Source: Aquabacterium sp. (GTDB lineage: Bacteria > Pseudomonadota > Gammaproteobacteria > Burkholderiales > Burkholderiaceae_C). Taken from it: 64,000 nucleotides of DNA. The DNA lies in assembly GCF_023266355.1 (NCBI RefSeq), contig NZ_JAHFQM010000001.1; one strand, given 5' to 3'. Below are positions 40,918 to 47,994 of this stretch, in pieces. Position 1 is the first letter of the stretch; each line of letters starts with the position of its first letter. A model generated the notes under the pieces. That model searched no databases and had not been told where the DNA came from. It was given only the letters and a program-made list of their open reading frames with translations. The position numbers and the translations under genes were made by a program.

Positions 40918-41213
40918 GCGGGGCGGCGTGCCGCGCTGAGAGTGCCATCGACCGCGGTCGGCAAGTCATCTTTTGCGTCGGGCTGTGCCGTGCGTGGCAC
41001 TTCGCGGGCCGAGCGCCGCACTGGGCGCGCCGAGCGTGTCGCGAAAAGCGCGGAGCGCGGCCCTCCGCGCGCGGCCGATGGCCCGCGCTGACGGAAGTTT
41101 TGTCGCAAATTGCGAGGCGCTTGTCGCACAAGGCGCGGCGCAGGGGGGTGAGGTGCCCGACGTGCCGCGGAAAGTGGGCGGCGCATCGCTCGCCGAGGGC
41201 GGCGGGCCGTCCT

Positions 41214-42215
41214 TCAAGCGCGGAAAGCGCTCGGCGCCACCCCCTCCCAGCGCTTGAAGGCGCGCCGGAAGTTGGAGAGGTCGTCGTAGCCCAGCATGTA
41301 GGCCACTTCCTGCAGCGTCAGCTTGCCGGCCTTGATGTGTTCCACCGCCAGGTGGTGGCGGATGTCTTCCAGGATGTCGCGGTAGGACGTGCCCTCGTCC
41401 TGCAGGCGCCGGTGCAGGGTGCGCGGCGTCATGTTGAGCAGGCGCGCGCTCACCTGCAGGGTGGGGAAGCCGCCTTGTTTTTCCAGCATCAGGCGGCGCA
41501 CCCGGGCTGACAGGGTCTGCTGGCGCGTCAGTTTGGCCAGCTCCTGCTGGCACAGCTGCTCGGCCTCGCGCAGGGCCTCCGGGTTGCCCGAGCGCAGCGG
41601 CTGGTCCAGGTGCTCGGAGCTCAGCGCAAAGCCCGTCCAGTCGCTGCCGTAGCGCACCTCGCAGCCGAACAGCTCGCGGGCCAGGTCGGCATGGGCCGGG
41701 GCCTCGAAGGGGAAGCTCACCGTGGCCACCTGGCACACGCCCAGGGTCACGTAATCGACGAGGTTCTTGATCGTCAGGATGACGGCCTCCATCACGGGCA
41801 TGCGGATGTCGCCCAGCGGGTGCGGCTCCGAGAACACCAGGCGGGTGAGCGCCCCGTCGGTCACCACCTGCACGCTGAGCAGGGAGGTGCGCACCAGGAA
41901 GTAGCGCTCCATGAGCTGCAGGGCCTGGCGCAGGCTGAGGCTGTTGACGGCCGCATAACCCAGGATGCCGTGGCTGTGCACCAGCAGGCGCTCGCCCACC
42001 AGCAGGCCAAAGGCCGGCTCGCCCGTCAGCGCGATGGCCTCGCGCACCAGGCGCTGGAAGTCGGCGAAGGACAGGTGCTGGATCTCCAGCTCGCCGTTCA
42101 GGCCGGGGCGCTGCAGCTGCAGCAGCCAGTCCGGCAGGCGCACGCCCATGCGCGTCATCTGCCCGGCGATCTGCTGCACGTACTGGGAGGGGAGGAAGAA
42201 GTCGGTGTCGGCCAT
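41214..42215 (-). CDS. AraC-family regulator with an Arabinose_bd-type ligand domain
   Basis: C-terminal HTH TLQEVAYMLGYDDLSNFRRAFKRWEGVAPSAFR. Confidence 0.85.
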   Translation of the reverse strand: MADTDFFLPSQYVQQIAGQMTRMGVRLPDWLLQLQRPGLNGELEIQHLSFADFQRLVREAIALTGEPAFGLLVGERLLVHSHGILGYAAVNSLSLRQALQLMERYFLVRTSLLSVQVVTDGALTRLVFSEPHPLGDIRMPVMEAVILTIKNLVDYVTLGVCQVATVSFPFEAPAHADLARELFGCEVRYGSDWTGFALSSEHLDQPLRSGNPEALREAEQLCQQELAKLTRQQTLSARVRRLMLEKQGGFPTLQVSARLLNMTPRTLHRRLQDEGTSYRDILEDIRHHLAVEHIKAGKLTLQEVAYMLGYDDLSNFRRAFKRWEGVAPSAFRA

Positions 42216-42238
42216 GGGGCGGTGTCCAGGGCCGCGAT

Positions 42239-42265
42239 TGTCAATAAATGACCTGTCGATGTCAA
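42239..42265. promoter_or_regulatory. Direct TGTCAA repeats 21 bp apart in the AraC/reductase divergent region (candidate AraC-type operator)
   Basis: atTGTCAAtaaatgacctgtcgaTGTCAAcg; start-to-start spacing of 21 bp is two helical turns. Confidence 0.3.
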
Positions 42266-42363
42266 CGCGGGCCCTCCCGCACCCCAGCCCCGTTTCCTAC
42301 GATGAACGCATCCCTGGCCCCGTGCCTGGGCCCCTGCCAATTGCCTGATCGAAGGGAGCGTGC

Positions 42364-43404
42364 ATGCGCTGGTTGCTGTCCAAATTCCAGGCCGACAAGC
42401 CCGTGACCGCCATGGTCAACGACGTCGCCATCACCGTCCAGCCCAAGGAGACGCTGCTGCAGGCCGCCTTGCGCCAGGGCATCGATTTCCCCCACAGCTG
42501 CCGCGTGGGCGGTTGCGCCACCTGCAAGTGCCGCTTGGTCGAAGGCCAGGTCAAGGAGCTCACCCAGGCCGGCTACATCCTGTCCGACGCCGAGCTGGAC
42601 CAAGGCTACATCCTGGCCTGCCAGAGCGTGCCCCGGGGCGACGTCAAGGTCACGGTGGACACCCAGGGCGCCGCCGCGCGCAAGCAGGTGGCTGGCCGCG
42701 TCATCGCGCAAGACCACCTCACCCACGACATCGTGCGGCTGCGCATCCAGCTCGACGGCACGCTGCCCTACAAGGCCGGCCAGTTCGCGCAGCTGGCCAT
42801 CGCAGGCTTGCCCGGGGTCTCGCGCAGCTACTCCTTCGCCACGCGCATGCAGCCCGACGCCCAGGTGAGCTTTTTCGTGCGCAAGGTGCCGGGCGGGGCC
42901 TTCTCCTCGCACATCCACGCGCAAGCGCTGGTCGGCCAGACCGTCAGCGTCGAAGGCCCGATGGGCGACTTCTGGCTGCGCACCGCCGAGGCGCCGATGC
43001 TGATGGTGGCCGGTGGCAGCGGCCTGGCGCCGGTGCTGGCCATCCTGGAAGAGGCCCTGTGTGCGGGCGTGAAGCGGCCGGTCACGCTGCTGTTCGGCGC
43101 GCGCACCCAGGCCGACCTCTACGCCCTGGACACCCTCACCGAGCTGGCACGCCAATGGCCGCGCCGCTTCGCCTTCGTGCCCGTGCTCTCGCAAGAACCC
43201 GAGGGCTCGTCCTGGCAAGGCCTGCGCGGCATGGTGGTGGACGTCCTGGCCGAGCACGCCCTGCCCGACAGCCACGCCTACCTCTGCGGCCCGCCGCCCA
43301 TGGTGGACAGCGCCCGCGCCTTGCTCCTGCAGCGCGGCCTGCCCAGCGCGCACATCCACGCCGACCGCTTCACCACGCAGCACGACCTGGCCGCGGCGGC
43401 CTGA
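42364..43404 (+). CDS. 2Fe-2S ferredoxin + FNR-like NAD(P)H oxidoreductase (XylA-type electron-transfer component)
   Basis: N-terminal plant-type cluster CRVGGCATCKCRL; FAD RSYSFA; NAD MLMVAGGSGLAP. Confidence 0.85.
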   Translation: MRWLLSKFQADKPVTAMVNDVAITVQPKETLLQAALRQGIDFPHSCRVGGCATCKCRLVEGQVKELTQAGYILSDAELDQGYILACQSVPRGDVKVTVDTQGAAARKQVAGRVIAQDHLTHDIVRLRIQLDGTLPYKAGQFAQLAIAGLPGVSRSYSFATRMQPDAQVSFFVRKVPGGAFSSHIHAQALVGQTVSVEGPMGDFWLRTAEAPMLMVAGGSGLAPVLAILEEALCAGVKRPVTLLFGARTQADLYALDTLTELARQWPRRFAFVPVLSQEPEGSSWQGLRGMVVDVLAEHALPDSHAYLCGPPPMVDSARALLLQRGLPSAHIHADRFTTQHDLAAAA

Positions 43405-43484
43405 ACCTCTGCCGGAGCGCTGGCTGCGCCCCTTCCTGATCCACATGACAAGCGACGCCTGATCGCCACCGAGGAGACACCCCC

Positions 43485-44648
43485 ATGACGCTGTTCCACT
43501 ACCTCAAGTACTTCCTGTTCCACGCCATCGGCCTGCTGGCCCTGACCATGCTGATGGCCGGCGGCGTCTGGGTCACGGTCGGCCTGGTCGCCGTGCTCGC
43601 CATCTACATGGTGGGCGACGCCGTCTGTGGCGACGACACCTCCACGCCCAAGCTCCAGCACCCCGGCATCCTGACCGTCCAGCTCTGGATGGCCTTGCCC
43701 CTGCTGTCGGCCATCGTGCTGGCCTTCGTCTGGTCGGTCAGCCCCGGTGACGCCCTGGGCCTGGGCGCCCTGGTGCAGCAGTTCACCGGCCACGACGCCA
43801 TCGCCGTGCGCGATGCGGCGCACTGGGGCCACCACGTCTCGGGCGTGGTGCTCACCGGCCTGATGATCGGCATGATCGGCACCATCCCCGCGCATGAGCT
43901 GACCCACCGCACCTGGGACCCGGTCTCCATGCTGATCGGGCGTTGGCTGCTGGCTTTCAGCTTCGACACGGTGTTCGCCATCGAGCACGTGTACGGCCAC
44001 CACCGCTACGTCTCCACCACCGAAGACCCGGCCACCGCACCGCGCGGCCGCAACGTGTACTTCCACGTGCTGGCCTCGACCATCAAGGGCAACATCAGCG
44101 CCTGGAAGATCGAAAAGAAGCGCCTCAAGCGCGAAGGCCACGGCGTGTTCACGCCCTTCAACGCCGTCATCCGCGGCCACCTGATGAGCGTGCTGCTGGT
44201 GGCCGGTGCCGCCTGGCTGGGTGGCGTGCAAGCCGCCGCCTGGTTCGTGGCCTGTGCGCTGTGGGGCAAGGCGCTGCTGGAAATCGTCAACTACATGGAG
44301 CACTACGGCATGGTGCGCGACCCGGCCACCCCGGTGCAGCCGCGCCACTCGTGGAACACGAACAAGCGCATCAGCTCCTGGACCATGTTCAACCTGACCC
44401 GCCACTCGCACCACCACGCCCAGGGCGAGGTGCCTTACCAGGACCTCAAGCCCTTCCCCGACGCCCCGATGATGGTGGGCGGCTACCTCACCACCATCGC
44501 CGTGGCCATGGTCCCGCCGCTGTGGCACAAGCTGATGACGCCCAAGGTGCTGGCCTGGGACCGCGACCACGCCTCGGCGGCCGAGCGCGAACTGGCCCGC
44601 CAGGCCAACCGCCAGAGCCACATCCCCGCGATGACGGCAGCGGCATGA
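43485..44648 (+). CDS. Membrane di-iron hydroxylase of the AlkB/XylM (fatty-acid-desaturase) family
   Basis: Histidine boxes HELTHR, EHVYGHHRYV, NYMEHYGMVR, LTRHSHHHAQG. N-terminal TM helices. GAGGAG RBS. Confidence 0.85.
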   Translation: MTLFHYLKYFLFHAIGLLALTMLMAGGVWVTVGLVAVLAIYMVGDAVCGDDTSTPKLQHPGILTVQLWMALPLLSAIVLAFVWSVSPGDALGLGALVQQFTGHDAIAVRDAAHWGHHVSGVVLTGLMIGMIGTIPAHELTHRTWDPVSMLIGRWLLAFSFDTVFAIEHVYGHHRYVSTTEDPATAPRGRNVYFHVLASTIKGNISAWKIEKKRLKREGHGVFTPFNAVIRGHLMSVLLVAGAAWLGGVQAAAWFVACALWGKALLEIVNYMEHYGMVRDPATPVQPRHSWNTNKRISSWTMFNLTRHSHHHAQGEVPYQDLKPFPDAPMMVGGYLTTIAVAMVPPLWHKLMTPKVLAWDRDHASAAERELARQANRQSHIPAMTAAA

Positions 44649-45154
44649 CGCCCGGGCCGCGCACCTCGGCGGCCGAGCAGGACAGGCAGGCGCTGCTGCA
44701 CGCCCTGGACGCCTTGCTGGCCCCGATGGCGCGCGCGGCCGCCGGCCCTTGCCCTCCGCCCGGGGCCGTGCTGGCCGACATCCTGGCGCAGCACCAGGCC
44801 ATGCGCCACCAGCGTGCGCTGCTCTTGAACGGGCCATGGTGGCCCTTGGGGCCGGTCGTGGGCGAGGCCTTGCAGGACGCCCAGCAAGCGGCCATGCGCG
44901 CCTTGGGTGGGTTGGCCACGTCCCACCACGCCCATGCGCGGCTGCTGGCCTCCATCTCACGCTACCGGGTGCTGCTGGCGCACTGGCCGCTGGTCGTGAA
45001 ACACCCCCCAACCCCGTGGACGGCCCGGCCGTCGCATGGAAACCCCCAGCCTGACAGCGCCATCACAGGGTCCATCCTCCGGCCTGCATTGCCCGCAAGC
45101 CGTTCGGTCCTGTGTTTTGCCCTGTCCCCATGCGCGTCTCCCCCATCAACCTGA
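44645..45154 (+). CDS. Hypothetical protein translationally coupled to the AlkB-like gene
   Basis: ATGA overlap with the alkB-like stop. Third-codon positions are almost all G/C for about 115 codons, then degrade towards the 3' end. No family recognised. Tail overlaps the next AraC gene. Confidence 0.4.
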   Translation: MTPGPRTSAAEQDRQALLHALDALLAPMARAAAGPCPPPGAVLADILAQHQAMRHQRALLLNGPWWPLGPVVGEALQDAQQAAMRALGGLATSHHAHARLLASISRYRVLLAHWPLVVKHPPTPWTARPSHGNPQPDSAITGSILRPALPASRSVLCFALSPCASPPST

Positions 45155-46164
45155 AGATCCTGGCCTACACCCTCGACGTCGAAGGCTTCGACCCCAGCGA
45201 GGTGCTGCGGCAGTGCGGCATCGCTTCGGCCGACGCGCTGCAAGACGATGGCGAGTGGTTGCCGGTGGCGCTGTTCGACCGCATGATGGCCGCCGCCATC
45301 GAGGCCACCGGGGATGCGGCCTTCGGCCTGGTGGCCGGCAAGAGCATCGCGCTGATGCGCCACGGCACCATCACGCCCTTGGTGCTGTCCACGCCCAGCC
45401 TGCGCCAGCTGCTCGATGACCTGCGCCGTTTCGCCGGCCTGACGGTCGAGCACAGCGAGATCGAGCTGGTGGAATCCGCCCGCGGTGCGCGCCTGCAGGT
45501 GAGCCCCGTGGTGCGCAACGGCCGCAGCGGCCACTTCCGCATGGAGCTGGTGGCCACCAGCGCCGTGCAGATGCTGAAGTTCGCCGGTGCCTGCACCGCC
45601 GACATCCTCCAGGTGGACCTCCCCTACGCGGCGCCGCCAGGTCAGCTGCCACGCTACGAAGCCACTTTCGGGCCGCGCATCGCCTTCGGGTGCAAGGACT
45701 GCGGCATCGCCTTCAATCCCGCCTTGCTGGACGCGCGCATGCCCATGCACGACCCGGTGGCCTATGTGTCGGCGCGCACCCGGGCGGAGGCGGTGTTGGC
45801 CGCCATGCGCGCCGGCACCGACGTGGCCGAGCGTGTGCGGCAGTGGCTGCTGCAGGCCATCCCGCGCCAGCCCACGGTGGCCGAGACCGCCGCCCACCTG
45901 GGCCTGCAGGAGCGTGCCTTGCGCCGCCACCTGCTGCTGCTGGGCACCTCGCACGCCGCCCTGATGCAGGAGTGCCAGCAACTGGTGGCCGAGCGCCTGC
46001 TGGCCGAGGGGCGGATGCCGCTCAAGCAGATCGCCGAGGCGCTGGGCTTCCTGTCGGTGCACAGCTTCCACCGGGCCTTTCGACGCTGGTCGGGCGTGAC
46101 GCCTTCGGCCTGGCGCGATCAGGGCATCGCCATTGGGGAAAGCCTGGGCCCGCAGGGGCAATGA
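45130..46164 (+). CDS. AraC-family regulator, paralog of 41214..42215
   Basis: Same architecture. HTH LKQIAEALGFLSVHSFHRAFRRWSGVTPSAWR. ATG at 45130 (MRVSPINL) preferred over 45112. Confidence 0.8.
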   Translation: MRVSPINLKILAYTLDVEGFDPSEVLRQCGIASADALQDDGEWLPVALFDRMMAAAIEATGDAAFGLVAGKSIALMRHGTITPLVLSTPSLRQLLDDLRRFAGLTVEHSEIELVESARGARLQVSPVVRNGRSGHFRMELVATSAVQMLKFAGACTADILQVDLPYAAPPGQLPRYEATFGPRIAFGCKDCGIAFNPALLDARMPMHDPVAYVSARTRAEAVLAAMRAGTDVAERVRQWLLQAIPRQPTVAETAAHLGLQERALRRHLLLLGTSHAALMQECQQLVAERLLAEGRMPLKQIAEALGFLSVHSFHRAFRRWSGVTPSAWRDQGIAIGESLGPQGQ

Positions 46165-46257
46165 GTTGGTCAGTCCGGCCATTGGTGTCGGACGAGGGGC
46201 TGCCTAGCATCGGGGCTCACACCCCCCAACCGCATTGCACCCCCTCAGGAGCCCGCC

Positions 46258-47919
46258 ATGAACCCGATGCGCCGCCAGTTCGGCCAGCAAATCTTGCACA
46301 CCGCCGCCGGCCTCGGCCTGCAGAGCGTGGGCGCCGTGGGCGCCATGAGCGCGGTGGGCCGGTCCCTGGCCGCGGGCGGGCTGGCCGCGTCGGTGGCCGG
46401 TGCCGCCCAGGCCAGCGCCACCACCCAGCACGTGCGCGCCCTGGTCGTGGGCACGGGCTACGGCGGCGCCGTCACCGCCATGCGCCTGGCCCAGCGCGGC
46501 ATCCCTGTCACCCTGCTGGAGATGGGCCAGCTGTGGAACAAGCCGGGCAAGGACGGCAACATCTTCTGCAACAGCCTCAAGCCCGACGAGCGCGCCATGT
46601 GGTTCTCCACCCAGGCTGCGGCGGTGGCCACCAGCCTCTTCAACATCCCCATCAAGATCAAGGTGCCGTACTCGGCGGGCGTGCTCGACGTGCTGCGCGC
46701 GCCCAATGGCGCCATGGACGTCTATTGCGGCCGGGGCGTGGGCGGTGGCTCGCTGGTCAACATGGCCATGCTGATCACGCCGCAGCGCGAGGTGCTGCAA
46801 GGCCTGATGCCGACCGGCTTCGATGTCGATGACTTCCTGCGCCGCCAGTGCCCCAAGGCCCTGGGCCAGCTGGGCGCCAACCTCATCCGACCGGCCTACT
46901 TCGAGGGCAGCGCCTACCACCGCTACGCCCGCGTCAACCGCGCGGCCCTGGCCCGCGCCGGCTACACCACGGACTTCCTGCCCTCGGGCTACGACTTCAA
47001 CTACATGGAGCAGGAAGAGGCCGGCCTGGTGCCCAAGTCCGCGCTGGGCATGGAAGGCGGCTACGGCAACAACCACGGCAAGCGCAACCTGACGAAGAAC
47101 TACCTGGCCGACGCCGTGGGCACGGGCCTGGTGAGCATCCGTGCGATGTCCTCGGTCAAGCGCATCGAGCAGGCGCCCGATGGGACCTACGTCGTCACCG
47201 TCGAGGAAATCGACGTGATGGGCAACACCGCGCAGCGCTACGAGCTGGGCTGCGACCACCTCTTCCTGGCCGGCGGCAGCATGGGCACCTCCGAGATGCT
47301 GGTGCGTGCCCGCGAAACCGGCAGCCTGCCCAGGCTGAACAGCGCCATCGGCACGCAGTGGAGCGCCAACAGCGACATCTTCGTGGTGCGTGGCAACCCG
47401 GTGTGGAACCCCACCGGCACCCAGCAGTCGCTGGTGCCGGCCACGGGCTTCCGCACGCGCGACCAGGACGGCCGCCCGGTGTTCTCCATGAACATCCCGC
47501 TGCCGCTGGTGCTGGAGTCGTGGGCGAACATGAACATCGTCATGACGCAAAACCCCGAGCTGGGCAGCTTCGGCTACGACGCCGCCACGGGCCGCGCGGT
47601 GCTGAAGTGGAACGGCCAGAACGCACCCGCGGTGCGCAGCGCCAAGTTCATCTTCGACCGCGTCAACCAGGCCGCTGGCACCCACTACCGCAGCGACCTG
47701 TTCAGCGGCAAGACCTTCGCCGACAGCACCACCTACCACCCGGTGGGTGGCTGCCCGCTGGGCAAGGCCACCGACTTGTTCGGCCGCGTGGCCGGCCATG
47801 AGCGGCTCTACGTCATGGACGGCGCGCTCATCCCCGGTGCGCTGGTGGCCAACCCGGCCTTGACCGTGGCCGCCCTGGCGGAACGCAACATCGAACACAT
47901 CCTGCAGCGCGACTTCTGA
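46258..47919 (+). CDS. Tat-exported GMC flavoenzyme homologous to class I (Streptomyces ChoA-type) cholesterol oxidase
   Basis: Tat motif MRRQFGQQ. End-to-end resemblance to recalled ChoA: LVVGTGYGGAVTAMRLAQRGIPVTLLEMGQLWNKPGKDGNIFC, GRGVGGGSLVN, YGNNHGK, YHPVGGC (His447 equivalent), DGALIPGALVANP (Asn485 equivalent). Confidence 0.8.
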   Translation: MNPMRRQFGQQILHTAAGLGLQSVGAVGAMSAVGRSLAAGGLAASVAGAAQASATTQHVRALVVGTGYGGAVTAMRLAQRGIPVTLLEMGQLWNKPGKDGNIFCNSLKPDERAMWFSTQAAAVATSLFNIPIKIKVPYSAGVLDVLRAPNGAMDVYCGRGVGGGSLVNMAMLITPQREVLQGLMPTGFDVDDFLRRQCPKALGQLGANLIRPAYFEGSAYHRYARVNRAALARAGYTTDFLPSGYDFNYMEQEEAGLVPKSALGMEGGYGNNHGKRNLTKNYLADAVGTGLVSIRAMSSVKRIEQAPDGTYVVTVEEIDVMGNTAQRYELGCDHLFLAGGSMGTSEMLVRARETGSLPRLNSAIGTQWSANSDIFVVRGNPVWNPTGTQQSLVPATGFRTRDQDGRPVFSMNIPLPLVLESWANMNIVMTQNPELGSFGYDAATGRAVLKWNGQNAPAVRSAKFIFDRVNQAAGTHYRSDLFSGKTFADSTTYHPVGGCPLGKATDLFGRVAGHERLYVMDGALIPGALVANPALTVAALAERNIEHILQRDF

Positions 47920-47994
47920 ACCCGCCGGTCTGCGCCCACCCACACCCCATCGTCCGCATCCCAACGTCAGCATCCCATCACCCACGGAGACCCC

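Noticed and set aside
40973-41257. 94-aa plus-strand ORF and 99-aa minus-strand ORF (40887..41186) in the gap between the sigma-54 activator and AraC genes.
   Set aside because: The products are Arg/Ala/Pro-rich with no start context. They more likely reflect open frames in GC-rich non-coding DNA, and the gap is reported as non-coding under findings.
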